From: Lama guanicoe
Lineage: Eukaryota
Direction: 5' to 3'
Assembly: GCA_013239625.1 (NCBI GenBank)
Contig: MU054220.1
Span: 8,405,367 to 8,469,366, forward strand
Length of the DNA stretch: 64,000 nucleotides
The translations under genes were made by a program, and so were the position numbers. Within the stretch, counting starts at the first letter, position 1. Each line of letters starts with the position of its first letter. A model generated the notes under the pieces. It was given only the letters and a program-made list of their open reading frames with translations. It was not told where the DNA came from and made no database searches. Below, in pieces: positions 50,551 to 64,000 of the stretch.

Positions 50551-51519
50551 ACAAACTGTACTACATAAGTTCAGGAAAGCAGTTGGGTAATTTAAGTGGA
50601 GAGCAGGTGCACCATATCCTCCCAGGATGAGGCTTTCAGGATAAAGTTGTTCTTTTTTTTACCCCCCTCCTTCTTTTTATCATCAGTGTCATGCCCATAA
50701 CAATAAGCGGTTGGACAAATTGACAGATTTATCATTTTGACATGCAATTTTCTGGATCCCTTTTGCAAAGCCATGCTTAAGTTGTGAAGATATTTTAGTA
50801 TAAAATAAATTGATCATGGTGTTCTACAGATATCCATGTTGGATTATGTTTTTTCATTTTTGTGTCTGGTCCTGTGGTCCTGAATTTTCAATGGGATTTG
50901 GATACACTTTATATCATGGTGATTATAATGACTAAAATAATTGGCAACCATAGAAGATTGTACACTTACAATACCAAGTTAAAGTGAGAAACCACTATTC
51001 AACTTTGTGAGTGTGCTGAACGTCTTAAGTAACTATTAAAGTATATTATATTAATTTAGTGACTTATGCTTTATATTTGGTGTATTTCAAAGTTACGGAA
51101 ACACAAGAAGAATACAGACAATTCCTAATATCTTTTACTTGGATTGACAATTGTTTATTGTCTGTTTAAACCACCCAGGCTGTCATATTTGGTTATCAGA
51201 ATTCAAGCAGATTAATACAGTGAATATGGGTGGAGGGTCCGTCCTCTCTTCATAAGATGATGAAAACGATTGACAAGGCGAATGAATGGGTTATCTAGAT
51301 AATGATCACCACTACCGAGGGCTTCTCTTTTCCGGCTTCCTCCCTGACTCTGCACCGTGCTGGGAACTTGTACTCTGAGGGGCTGTCTGGTGACCACCGT
51401 GTTCTTTGAGCTTTGTTGCTGCCGTCTGCAAAGTTGGCCATTTGAGTTGTGCTTTAATTGAGTGTTACCAAGCCTCTATTATAGATATAAATGACCTGAT
51501 GGGAGCATCTGTCATTGGA

Positions 51520-54500
51520 ATTTAGGGGCAGAAGGATGGGATTGGGACCATCCTGAACGTGCCTCTGGTTGTGTGTCTTGGTCTAGTCCTATCTGTGTGT
51601 CTCAGACTGAATTGTGTGTCTTGATTCCAGCGTAAGATATGACTGATGCTAGGCTCACGGGAACAACTCTTCCCCTGTGACCACTTGGTTAATGTCTCGG
51701 TCGGGCATTGGCCCCTATTCTACAGAGCGCTCCAGAGAAAGACTGATAACTTACTCCATATATAAGCCCATCAGGTGGTCACCAATATGGGGGAAATACA
51801 GTCACCTTATGGCATGCTGAGGTTCACACACCTCAAAAAAGTGGATGGCTCTCTAGGACCCGACAAATGGCTTGGATGCTCCTATCATGCAGGCTGATAA
51901 GAAAAATGCTCACAGCACTCTCACAAAACAGGGATTAAGGGATTGATTCAAACTTTGTTTAAATCCACGATCCTCAAATTCCGTAAAACCACTATTCCCT
52001 GTGGAGAGGGCGCCTGACCATGACACACTGATTTGAGCCTCTTAGGAGGAAAAAACAGAAATGTTAGCATGGCAGAGCAGAATTATCTTCAGAAGTATAT
52101 CCAGTAACCACACAAAAGCGTCAATCAATAGATAGATAAATAAATAAATACCCAGGTATACAGTGAGGGAAAAAAAAAAACACCTCTTTAAAAAAAAAGG
52201 TCAACAATTTGACTCAATAGGAAATCTAAAAAATATGTTAAAATTACTTACACAACAAAAAGATCAGTAGGACTGACTGAGGCTTCTGCACTGGAAATAT
52301 ATAGGTTCTGAATTTACTTTAACACCTGCTGAAATGTACCATTTGACAACTCTTCATTGCCTTAATGGGTGCTGGGTCTCAAAGTATAGTTTTACCTGAG
52401 AATCTCACTATATTTAAACAGGGTATCCCCTATACTCTTAGGGAGGTTACCAAACATAAAACAGAACAAGCAGGGATACTTCATGCTAACCTTTGCCTAA
52501 ATTCTTCATATTTATGGAGCCCATTGCCCTTAAAATGAGCATGAGCTCTCTGACTTGATGACTAATACATTAAAATAAAATTGAGTTTTTGACACTTAGA
52601 ACTGGTTCCATAAAGTAGGATTCTATATCTTTACCCCCTGGTTAAAATAGTTAAATATAGCCTATGGTAGACAGAATAACAGTCCCCTAGAGAGGTCCAT
52701 GTCGTAATCCCAGACCCTGTGGATATATTATATTATATGCCCAGAGAGGATTAAGGTGGCAGACCTTAAGATTGCAAATCAGTTGACATTTACAGAGGGC
52801 GATGGTCCTGGATTGCCTGTGTAGGACAATATAATCATAAGTGTCCTTAAAAGTGCAAGAGGGTTTAGAAGGGGAGGTCAGGTCAATGCGATGTGAGAAC
52901 TAGACCCACAGTTTCTGACTTTGAAGATTGAGGAGAAAGGCTATGAGCTAAGGAATGTGGGGGGCTTCTGGAACCTGGAAAGAGCAAGGAAAAAGATTCT
53001 CCCATGGAGTCCCCAAAAAGGGTGAGAACCCTCTTAGCACCTTGATTTTAGTCCGTTGATGCCCATTTTGAATTTTGAATTATGAAACTGTAAGATAAGC
53101 TTGTGTCATTTTTAAGCTGCTCAACTTGTGGTCATTTGTTATAACAGTTGTGGAATACATGGCTCAAAATAAATCATAACAGGACTTTCGAGAATTCAAA
53201 CAAGACATGTTTTGCAAAGGAATGATTATCCCCACTGCTTGTCCATTTAATACCCCTCTTTGGCTTTCTCTTAAACCTAGAGAGAATGAATGGAGCTTTT
53301 TAGTGGATTACCATACTTTAGTGCCATGGCCCCATCCACCAGGTTTCCCGTATCCACTCTTATTGAAATCAGTGATTCTATCCATCATTAATTGGTAATT
53401 ATTTTGCCAATTGTTGTTAATTATTTTTGCCATTATTATTAATTTTTTTGATTATTTCAATGAATCTCAGTTATAGTTTGCTTTCACCAAACTACTACTC
53501 ATGTGGATTCTCAGTAGCTTTCACACTGTATTCAATCTTTGCAGTCAAGATCTCAACCTCATCCAACATTCTTCAGGAGAACGTGTGGCATTGCATTCAC
53601 ACCATCCTCCTCTGAGAAGATTCATTGACACACTCCTTCAAGACATACAGCTACTCACAAATTATCTCACAAAAACAGACGGGATTTTGTTCCACCTAAT
53701 ACGTAAGGTCTTATGACCTCAACCAGATTTATGAGCACTATTTCATCAATCAAAGGCCACTCTATCTTTGAAAGTGTCAATAAACAGTTATTGACCTTTT
53801 CTGCATCCAGAACATTACAGTAAACCCTGTATCTTTTGAAGCTTTTTTGGATTCTGGAGGCAACATCTTACTCATTTACAAATTTTATTTAATTTTGTTT
53901 ATTATGTTACTCACATATCAGCCCACTTTGAATAGAGATCCCTTAAAAAATGACTCTAGTATCTATCCAAATTACAATACACTAGGCACTCAATTGCAAA
54001 ATGTTAAGCACTTCTAATAGTAACCCCTAGAGACTTCTTCACTATGAAAGTTGTAGTAAACTCCTTTATTTTTACTGGAATCTCCAGACTACCTATGATA
54101 GCTGTAAGTTACCCATGGTTCTGATGCAATAAAACTGCCCTCCTAGGCCCCACACCATACAACAGAGAATGAAAAATGGCTGGCCACATATTGGGATCTT
54201 CTGAAGGCTGAGACTCAGACCCTGAGCTCGTAACTGTCAGGTGATGAGCTTATCGGGTGACCACTATCGATGCCTTGAACTAGAGAAGCAGCATTCTCCA
54301 AGCTGGGCGTGGCCACCAAAGCATCCTGCTAAAATATACATATTACCTGCAGGATAGAGACAAATCTGGTGCATTCTGGTGTATCCCGCCTTCAGGAAGA
54401 GACGGCCTCCCCTGACCTCAGTCTTTTGTCTGATACACCATTGTTGAATAATATTAGCCCTGGCCAAGAACACTTGGCCACCCGTGGGGCCCCTTGAAAT

Positions 54501-54950
54501 CAACTGAGCGCACAGCAAAGGAGCTTCATACACTTTAGAGAGGGTAGTGTCCCTATTGCACATAATGCAGCTTATTGGAGGCTCCAGATTTTCATCCCTT
54601 AAAAAAGATCTTAACAAAGGATGCTATACCAAGAGTTAGTACAACTTGACCAAGCTTCAGGAAGTCATCTTAGCACTAGATACTCTGCACATTTGCACAA
54701 TTTTATAGACTCTTGGACAATTGAAAATGATTTGTCAGTCTGTTCTGGGCAATGGCAACTACAAACAATCCCATCTCCAAATTTGCTTCCCGTTAAATAA
54801 AGAACCATGGGACTTTCTTATCTTACAGACACCTAAAATATAAATTAATGTCACGCTTCTCCCTGCAAATTCCAAAACCCAAATGCAAGACCTCATCAGG
54901 ACACGTCTTATGCCCTTTGAAATTCAAATATTAAGGTCATGTATAGCCTT
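51520..54950 (+). mobile_element. Decayed ERVL-class internal region (gag-pro-pol), split by an MLT1 LTR
   Basis: RT-like GMIIPTACPFNTPLWLSLKPRENEWSFLVDY (53207-53310); HTVFNLCSQDL; VWHCIHTILL where ERVL has HYIDDI; protease-like FIALMGAGSQ at about 52354. Outer boundaries uncertain. Confidence 0.75.
52663..53159 (+). mobile_element. MLT1D/E-like MaLR LTR
   Basis: tatggtagacagaataacagtcccc...aaaagattctcccatggagtcc...ttgtggtcatttgttataacag...aataca. Confidence 0.85.
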
Positions 54951-56339
54951 TCTGGGTGCCAAATGCAATGGAAGTTTGAAATAAAGAAATTCCCCTTAAA
55001 TTCACACTCTGTTCCCCAAACACCCTCACCAAGTCAACAGGTTCCAGGAATTTCCCATCTTCAAGGAAATCCGAGGCACAGTTTCATTGTAGCAGTCTCC
55101 TAGCAGCAATAATTTTAATGAAAAGCAGACAATCAAGCCTGAGTGATTGTGTGAACTGCTCACCTTTCTGATAGGGACCATGTGCTTCAGGAGCCAGCAG
55201 GCGTTTTACCAGCAGAGTAGTCATTCTAATTTCCTACCTTCATTTTGGAAACCATACTTTATAAGACTCTTCATTAGTGACTGAGCATGATAAAATAGGC
55301 CAGTGTTAATAAGTCTAGATACGAAATTTCCCTACTGTTTAAGGAATTTTAGATAATGAATTCTATTAAGTATTATGGTATCATTACAAGATTGATTTTT
55401 CCTGTATGACCTTTAAATACAACTTAGATGAACAGGGCAGCCTGCAATTGTGTTATATATGAACTTAATATTCCCTTGCATATATATATATATATATACA
55501 TGGGCATTTATGTAGAAAAGAGAAGATATAATCATCATTGTATTGTGTCTATAATAAAAATAAAGATATTAGAAATACAATGCTGATTTATTATTAAACC
55601 TATATTAAATCCTTCTTGATTTCTTTACACTAAGCTGAATTAACTTCCAGAGTTTCATATTTTTTATGATTGTAGTCAAGGTATGTACACAATGCAGTAG
55701 CTTATTTTTCTTTAAAATATGTCTCACTTACTAGATTTCAAAATTGCCACGTGAATGGCTGTGTAATGTATTCTTTCTTAAGCTGGTTACCAATGTTTTA
55801 ATAACATGGCTTATAGAAATGACAGCTATGACATATCTACCAGCATCATAGGGGTCCATTTACAGCTGCAGTTTTTTTTTTTAGGGTAGGAGATAAAATT
55901 GTAGAGATAAAAGGTGGTATAAAGCTTGGTGAAATAAGTTATAGAGATAAAAAAGTGGTATAAAACTTGGTGAAAATAGCCTCACAGTTTATATTAATAC
56001 ACCATTTCATAATTAGACTTTCTTCTAACTACTTCTCTGCCAGTGAGTGTGAGAATGTACAATTCCTCTCATGGATGCTGACTTCCAAAGTTTTACTATT
56101 TCAAAGTTTCCTGTTTCAATAGATTAAAAACTGCATAATTTAATATCATATTGTAAATTTGGGGTTTAATGTCTTAGAATAAATCCCTATGTGTTAAAAT
56201 GATGGGTCAAAAATAAAGAGTTCTGTTCGCCTCTTTTTCTTATATTTCTGAGCCGTGTTTTTGTCTAGAGGTACCATGCCAGCTGCCCTGCCTTGTTCTA
56301 GTTTATTGTATGAATCAACATCAGATAGCTCTCTGGAAG

Positions 56340-56830
56340 GATAGGTACTAGCACTTATTTTATTTTTCTATCTCAGTAGGCAGATAAACTCACCCTGGGA
56401 GAGTTTATATTTCTTTAATCCCTATTGCTTTCAGGAGCAGAGCACATGAGTTAGGTCCAAGTCAGTCAAATCATCAGATCCCTTATATGCAGAGATTGGT
56501 TAAGAAATGGGCATAAACTGGACCTAACAGCATATGTGCCAGTATTATTATCTGGAAATGCTAGAATAGGTACTTGTTATCTGTCACAAGTGACTCTGGG
56601 TAAATGTGGCCTCTGGAGCTGCTGTCAGCCATCTGAAGACTAAAAGGAGAGAGCCAGTCTGGGACTGAGGGCAACACAAAGTGAGAAATGATGAAAAAAA
56701 TTGGCCAGGTCTTCTGTGTCCATAAGGGCCTCAGGAAAACAAGCACTATCACTTAATGTGAAAATAATTCCTTGATGCGTTTGCACCATTTTTGTTCATT
56801 TCTATATTTGCTTTTTATCTAAACCAACAA
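56340..56830 (+). mobile_element. Old MLT1J/K-like MaLR LTR
   Basis: gattggttaagaaatgggcat...ctggagctgctgtcagccatc...aaaataattcctt. Confidence 0.5.
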
Positions 56831-57282
56831 ACAGTATGAGGCAGAATCGTTGCTATACTTTTTGTTGGGAACTTTGCTAATCTCAGGTTTTGGTTTATAC
56901 ATTGTAACATTTTAAATATTAGAGCTGAGCAGAGTTGAGTAAGAATTAAAAAGCTGAATTGAATTTTTTGGGAAGCAGTCTTTTAAAGACAGCGTCTAAG
57001 GAGCTGCCTTGGCTAACTGTCTATTTTCTCTTTTTCCCAGCTTTAGCATTTTTGTTATTTTTGTAATTTTTGTAAAATTTTGTAGCAATCTTGAAATTTT
57101 GCAATAATGCCTGATTTCCCTATGAAAGGGATGGAAACTGGAGGTGGTTTCTATTTCTCTGTAGTTGGGGCTGATTAAACTTTACCATCCATACAGAAAT
57201 AGGTTTAGATACATTCCTACCGGAGCCTTGTTTTCTTACAGAGGATTTATTTATGTTGGTGCTAAAGTGTAAAGAACAGCAC

Positions 57283-57612
57283 TTACTGAAGAGACTCTTT
57301 TCTCCATTGTATATCCTTGCCTCCTTTGTCGAAGATTAATTGACCATAGGTTTGTAGGTTTATGTCTGTGCTCGCCGTTCTGTTCTGTTGATCCATATGT
57401 CTGTTTTTGTGCCAATACCGTATCATTTTGGTTACTGTGTCTTTGTAGCATTGTCTCAAGTCTGGGAGGGTTATGCCTCCAGCTTCATTCTTTTCCTTCA
57501 GTATTGCTTCAGCAATTCTGGGTCTTTGTGATTCTCTGTAAATTTTTTGGATTATTTGTTCTAGTTCTGTGCAAAACATCCTGGATAATTTCATAGGAAT
57601 CACATTATCCAT
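57283..57612 (-). mobile_element. L1 ORF2 fragment
   Basis: ORF: RPRIAEAILKEKNEAGGITLPDLRQCYK...YWHKNRHMDQQNR...YGQLIFDKGGKDIQWRKESL. Confidence 0.93.
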
Positions 57613-59384
57613 GGGTAAACTTTACAACTAATTTATAAGACATTATTATCAAATTTTCCTAGCATTAATGAATACAAGTGCCTTACATATGTTTTCCTAT
57701 ACTTTTTTAAATGAATAAACTTTATTTTTTAGAGCAGTTTAAGGTACACAGCAAAATTGAGCAGAAATTACAAAGAGCTGTAATTTATAATATCCCCTGT
57801 CCCCAGAGTATTTTATACCACAGTATGTTTTCCATATGTTTTTTGTTTTCTATATTTTTGATATGGAAAAACATAATATTAAAAAAACTCAGGGAAATAC
57901 AGATTTTTATTCATAAATTTGTGAAAGAAAATTCCTACTCAGAACAGTAGTTCATACTTTCAAAGCAGACTTTACTAAGAAATTAGCACACAGTACTAAG
58001 TAGCTTTAACAAATTTATAAAGCATTTGAAAGAGATAGTCTTGGGGAAAGGAGATGAATAATTTTTAGAAGAAACAGTTTATGAGTCTTTAGGGAAACAA
58101 TCAGGGCATTTTTTTAATCTTGTGTTGAGAACTTAGCATAAGTTTTGTATTTATACTATTTTCTTACATACTTACCTTGTGTCTTTGCTTTGTCTTTTTT
58201 CAGTCTACAGAATTTTAAATTGCAGTTATATTGCTGTGTTTATCACAAAGTGGTGTTTTATGTTTAATTATAAAAAGAGATGTGTGCCTTTCTGACTTGT
58301 CACCTTTAGTAGGTGCAAACATCATTGGCAGTAAATGTCACCAACACCACCTTAACAAACTAAGATAGTCCTATAATATGGTGTATTTATTGCTTCAGTC
58401 TTCTGCCTACTCGGAACCAACTTATGTCCTAACTTTGTGGCCACAGAATATATACGCGACATTTCATTGTCTTTCTTTAGCAATAACAGCAACTGACATT
58501 AATGCATCTTCTGAAAACTGATGGATTTTAAGTGGAAGAATTGGGATTGAGTGATTCCTTCAGTCCTCTGCAGAAATTTTTGTCTTCAGTCTTCCTAAAT
58601 ATCTCACTCACATATGAAATTTGATTCCAGCCTAGAAGAATGAAGAAAGGGTTTTTTCCCAGATTACTCCCAAATTCACGTTGTTTCAATGAGTTACAGA
58701 GTGTTTCAAGTAAGCAACTAACATTTAGAATTGGTTAAAAAAAAAGGGGGAATCAGGAGTTGGGGATATAAATTCTATTGAGGTTTTAGGGGCTAATGAG
58801 TAACGCTTCAATTGCCCTCTCAAGTTTGAAATCTATTGAAAATTTCTAAATTGGGTATAGAAGTATCAATGTATTATCTTTATCTTTACCCTGATAGAGT
58901 TGATACTGGAGAATAAGACTTAAAGATCAACTAAGTTTTGTAACTTAGTCAAAGGTAGATATGAAAATATAGGGGTGGAAACCTTTATCCTAAGATAACT
59001 CCATGACCAAGAGATTAGAGATAGTTTGTGCAGAATGAAAGACAATCTCATTAGAAAAAATTGAGGAAGCTCAAAATTACCAGTTCCTTCCTTCAGACAC
59101 AAAATCTTGTCCTAAAATAATCCACCGCATATATTTGATGGCTGTTACTGTACCATATCAATCTCAGTGGTAAAGGAGGGTTTTCAATGAGCTTAAGAAG
59201 AAAAAATGCTTGGAACTTGCTCTGCTTATAGAGCTGTAAGGAAAAAAGAAGCTGAGAAAGAGGAGATAAAATCAATTTCTGATATTTATGTGAATAACTC
59301 TCAAGCGTTTCCTGCAGCTCAGAACTCTCCTGTCTAGCTGACAACTTCAGTTGCACTGCCAATAATCAAATATAGATTGCCAAA

Positions 59385-60945
59385 AGTCAAACTTTTAATT
59401 TTTTACTGATGTATAATTTACATACAATATATGCAAATATCTTGGGGGAGGGTATAGCTCAGTGGTAGAGCATGTGTTTAGCATGCATGAGGTCCTGGGT
59501 TCAACCCCCAGTACCTCCACTGAAAATAATATCTAAATAAACCTAATTATCTCCCCCCCCACAAAAATATTAAAAATAAATAAATAAATAAATGCAAATA
59601 TCTTAAGGGTAGAGTTTGATGAGGTTTGACAAATGTGTATACCCATGTAACCAACACACTAGTCAAGATTTAGAAAAGTTCTATCTTATGACCCTTCCCA
59701 GAGACGACCTAACCCAACAGAGGCAGGTGCTGCTCTGATTCCCACCATCTGTTTAGATTAATTTTACCTGAACTAGGACTTCCTATCAATGAAACCAAAT
59801 GGTATGCGATCTTTTATTTCTGTCTTCTTTCACACAACAAAATGTCTGGAGGTTTAGCCGCGTTATCAGATAGAACAGTGGTCAACGCTTACTTGTTGCT
59901 GATCAGTATTCCATCACATAAATCACTTTTCTTCATCTGGAGATAAGCACATCGCTTTGTTCCAGGGTAGGTTTGTCTATTACGGATAAAGCTGCTATGG
60001 ATGTTGTTGTAAACATAGATTTTGTGGATCCATGTTTTCATTTATGGTGGGTAGATAGCAATAAGTAGGATGACTTGATCATAGGAAAGATACACTTCAA
60101 TTTGGAAGAAATTTCCAAAATCTTTTTTGAAGTGGTTGTGATATTTTTAATTCCCACCAGCAGTATTTATGATAGTTTCCATTGCTCCGTATCATTACCA
60201 ACACATAGTATCAGCCTTATTTAATTATAATCAGTCTAGTGCATGTGTTGATATTATATGATGGCTTAAATTGCATTTCCTTAATGTCTAAGGATGTTGA
60301 GCATCATTTCATGTGCCATTTATATATCTTTATTTGTGTGTGTGTAGAGCTCTGCAGTAATCTTTTGCCCATTTTACATTGGGTAATTTTATGTTTCTAA
60401 TGTGTTGCAGGAATTGGCTATTGATTATATTAAAAATTAAAGAAAAGTATCCTCTTAAAAATTACTGAGTTCTGAGTCTATGTACATGGTTCATCTCTCC
60501 ATTTATTTAAGTATTCTTTAATCTCTTATCAAATATGGTTTTAGTATAGATGCCTTGTGTCTTTGTGTTGAACTTATTCCCAGATATAACTTTAACAATT
60601 TTTTCTTGTAAGTGGCATTTTAAACATTTTATTTTGAAATAGGTTTACAGGAAGTTGCTAAGGTAGTACAGAAAGGTTCCAAATATTCTTTACCTGGTTA
60701 CCCCCCAGTGCTTACAACTTATATAAATACAGCACAATATAAAAATCAGAAGACTGACATGGGTAAATGTACATGTGTAGTTCTGTGCTATTTTATCACG
60801 TGCATAGACTTATGTGATCACTATCACAATCAACATACACAATTACATCATCCCTCCCATAATCTCCCCTATGTTACTCCTGCACACGCACCTCCACTTC
60901 ATTCTCTCACACCACATCAAGCTACTGCTTTCTCCATACTTTAGG
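59385..60945 (-). mobile_element. Old L1M 3' regions (at least two elements)
   Basis: tttttactgatgtataatttacatacaat...tgacaaatgtgtatacccatgtaacc; ttcccaccagcagt; gatgttgagcatc; second 3' end ttttattttgaaata...acaggaagttgc at about 60627. Confidence 0.75.
59444..59591 (+). mobile_element. tRNA-Ala-derived SINE (camelid Vic-1-like) with 13-bp TSD
   Basis: gggggagggtatagctcagtggtagagc...tagcatgcatgaggtcctgggttcaacccccagtacctcca, (TAAA)n tail; TSD atgcaaatatctt (59431-59443 and 59592-59604). Confidence 0.92.
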
Positions 60946-61124
60946 TTTCTTCTATTTTTATCTTAGACAAACCCCTATAGAATAAAAAAGTATGAGAGAA
61001 AAAAGAAAGTTTTCTTTTCACGTTTCTAAGTTATCCATGAGTTCATCTCATAGTCATTTGTAAGTATCTGAAATTTCATTTGTATATTTGATTATTTCAT
61101 TCCATTTCTGACTAAGTTATTTTT

Positions 61125-61340
61125 ATGAGCTCTGAAATCAGCTGGGGATCAAATCCAGGCTATTTCCTGGCTATAAGATCTGGAGCAAATAACTTAAACT
61201 TACATTACATCATTTCTCTCATGTAAAATGTTTATCAAAATACTACTTCTCTTACACTTATGAAGATTAAGGGGATTTATTCACATTAAGCATTTAGAAA
61301 ATGTGTCTGTCATATAGTTAGCATTCAGTAAGCATAACCA
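61125..61340 (+). mobile_element. MIR SINE
   Basis: gatcaaatccaggct...gagcaaataacttaaac...catttctctcatgtaaaatg. Confidence 0.6.
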
Positions 61341-62854
61341 TTTTCATTAATACTTTTATTATTTTAGCTATTGTTTCACTGTAGCAGTGTGACCAACAGA
61401 GGTTTAATAATTTAAATATGACATAAAATATGTTTGTTATATATTACATGAATTTAAAGGATTATGAATCTATTTAGAATTTTATTAATCATCAAATATT
61501 TAGCTAGTGCCTACTATATATAGTGTGTTGGAAATTCTGTGGCAATGCCTAAAAATGGTTAAGCATAACCCAGGAATATTGTTATCATCCTGCACTTCTA
61601 AACAGAAGGTAATGAATTCTGTAACTCTGAGACACAGGATCTCTGTCATTTACGAAGACCATTTCAGCTTTGCAAATATTATAAGGGTTGGAAATGAGAA
61701 TTAGAAAACCTGGGGTAGAATCCATGCCTCAGGCTGTACGTCTCAAGTCATTTCAATTCTTTGGCTTCTGTCCTCAACTGAAATAAGGCTTCTGTCCACA
61801 TACATCCCTTTCTTCAACTCTAAGACCTCACGACTAAGTTGTCTCCATGCTGGGTAAAATTGATTTTACTCTAAAACCCAGCAGTTACATGATCAGAGCC
61901 ATATGTCACTAAGGAGAATTAATTTAAGCGGAACGAAAAAACTACCCAAGTTGACATGAATGAACACATTAATATTTTCAATGGCTCTATTTTTGTTCCG
62001 CTCATGAAGGGCAAACAATGCCCTGATCACTTGTGTTTCTTAAATGACATCTTTTATCTGCATAATAATTATCTTCTCATCAACCAAAAGTCTAACTTTG
62101 GAAATGGAATTTTCTCAAAGAGTGGAATTGTTAAAAGGGCTAACTCTCTAACAGAGAGTCACAAAATCATGTGTATATTAGCCAGGGCCCAAGAAAAAGG
62201 CCATGTTCATGTAGGCGCTTAATTGATTTCGGTTAATGATGATGATACACTCCCTGAGTACAAGCACCAATTAGGGAGAAAAGCAACTTGACGATGCTTA
62301 AAATTAGAAGAGTGCTCAAGAAAGCAAGGAATTCCAGGAAAGATACCTTAATAGTGCAAACCACCCATTTCAGTTTCAAGAGCACTGTGAATCAACTTTT
62401 CCATTTTACTCACTTGAAACTAGCCCTGAAAAGTCCCAAGATTTTAAGAATGCTTAAAATCTGGAAATGCTGGGAAACACCTGACTAAAAATCCACAACC
62501 AGGTGAATCATAAGCGCAAGGTGGCTTTATTCCCCCCCTCCACAATCTGAGTTATATATGATAGGTAGGTAAAGATATCCATGTTCTTCCATGTAATTGC
62601 ACAAAGCTGGTATTCTCTCTGCCAAATGGCATGTTATTTCTAATGGTATGTTAACCACAGTTAGATTTTGAAGTGCATTGAAATGATTTGTGTTGACTGG
62701 AATTTCTGCTCTTGGTTCCATCCAAAATGGCTACCAATATAAACAGGCATTCATTTATAAGGGATCCCTACAAACAAGGAAGATTTTAGTAATGTATTCT
62801 GAGTTTACTACTCAAAATGTTTTGGGCTGAGTTATTGAAGATCTATTAGGGGCT

Positions 62855-64000
62855 GAACTAGATACTGTGGATTTCCCCTTCAAGACTAAGGCATTCATTC
62901 TCCCAGCTTCTGGAAGTATAGTTGCTCAAACTTGAGATCCTCTTCAGGACGTTTCCTTAAGTGAAAAAACTGCCTCACCCAAGATGATGAACCACCCCTT
63001 GAGTCAACCAGTGTGTAACACCCATTTTGTGTGAGTGTGAAGACCCAGCTCCCTTGCCTCAGTGGGAGCGTTCTGCTCCTGTTAGGACTGGTGAGGCCTC
63101 TGTTGCAGTTATACCTCAGATCACTTACCTTATCTCCCTTCCCAACATTACCTACCTCATTGCCCACAGATACTATGTCTCAAATCAATCCCTGATAAAA
63201 GTCCTAAGTACAAACTGAAGAATCTGTCTCTTGGGGAACCTGAGCAACCATAGGTGTTTCTAGGAGAGGCCCTAATGAGCCAATCCTAAACTGGGATTTC
63301 TGTGTTGGCTTACCCACCTTCAGTGTGCAATGAAGACCTCACCACTTGTAGTAAGTGGATAACTGATGAGTCCTGGTCTGTACATTTAGAGCCTTCACGC
63401 AAACTTTTACTGGGGATGGGTCTGGATGAATACACCTAGAAAAGAATGCACAGGCATGTGCAATATCCCAGGATCCACTTCAAGAGAAACTTGAAGTAAC
63501 AATGGAGGCTATTACTGGATGGATTTTTCTAAGGGCTTTTGAAAAAGAACAGAGAAAAAATGAAAGGCTAAAGGTGATGAATATAAAGTAGATTGAGAAA
63601 GTCAACAGGCCTCTTGGCTGCATATAAAGAAGAAAAAGACAGAAAGAGAATGAGAATCTGAACTAGAGCTTATTATATGTGAAGAGTTCTTTAGAAAACG
63701 TTGCATTGTCATCGTGGGCAGTTCTCCTGTACCATGATAAGAAGCCTGGTTGGGCAAGGGTGGATACCTGAAACACAGAATGAGGCATCTGGATGGATGA
63801 ACTTAAACATTTTTAAATCTATTTCCCTTGAGTATTCTGGGATTACAGAAGTTGCCTGCTCCTCCTTATTACAGCTTAAGCATCCTGCTTACTTGAAGAT
63901 AAAGTTAAAGCTTATGAATTATGGAATAACATGTTTCATTCAGAATTTACCTCCATCTCTACTCTGGATCCACAGACTTATAACTAGTGTCAAGTCATAT
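62855..64000 (+). mobile_element. LTR16-like ERVL LTR (to about 63250) plus adjoining internal sequence
   Basis: gaaaaaactgcctcacccaag...gaatctgtctcttggggaacctgagcaacca, then leader/gag-like sequence resembling ERV3-16A3/HERV16 internal. Confidence 0.6.

Noticed and set aside
58167..58220. Minus-strand donor CAAG|GTAAGTATG (the same 14-mer occurs at 37535-37548) and a plus-strand acceptor-like tract
   Set aside because: No convincing paired splice site or recognisable reading frame; needs RNA-seq.
59444..59520. Functional tRNA-Ala gene
   Set aside because: TSD, tail, stem mismatches and insertion within an L1 indicate a SINE.

Overview
AT-rich, CpG-poor mammalian genomic DNA, most likely camelid, judged from two tRNA-Ala(AGC)-derived SINEs resembling the camelid Vic-1 family. 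I can support no host protein-coding exon, functional RNA gene, CRISPR or prokaryotic system; the listed ORFs are random, repeat-derived or caused by an N gap. The window is a layered collection of L1, L2, MIR, MaLR/ERVL/ERV1 LTRs, Tigger/hAT MITEs, a decayed ERVL pro-pol region and a 456-nt gap. Most notable: (1) a 2,003-bp near-identical tandem duplication joined by an 8-A filler (28427-32440); (2) a young, CpG-rich 710-bp betaretrovirus-like solo LTR with a perfect 6-bp target-site duplication (TSD) and intact promoter signals (45290-45999); (3) an L1 5'UTR-like segment fused to mid-ORF2; (4) a diverged local duplication, a long fold-back and a cluster of RCGTG motifs. I found no convincing new biological system. 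Repeat family names come from recalled consensus motifs, not a database search, and the boundaries of old repeats are approximate.
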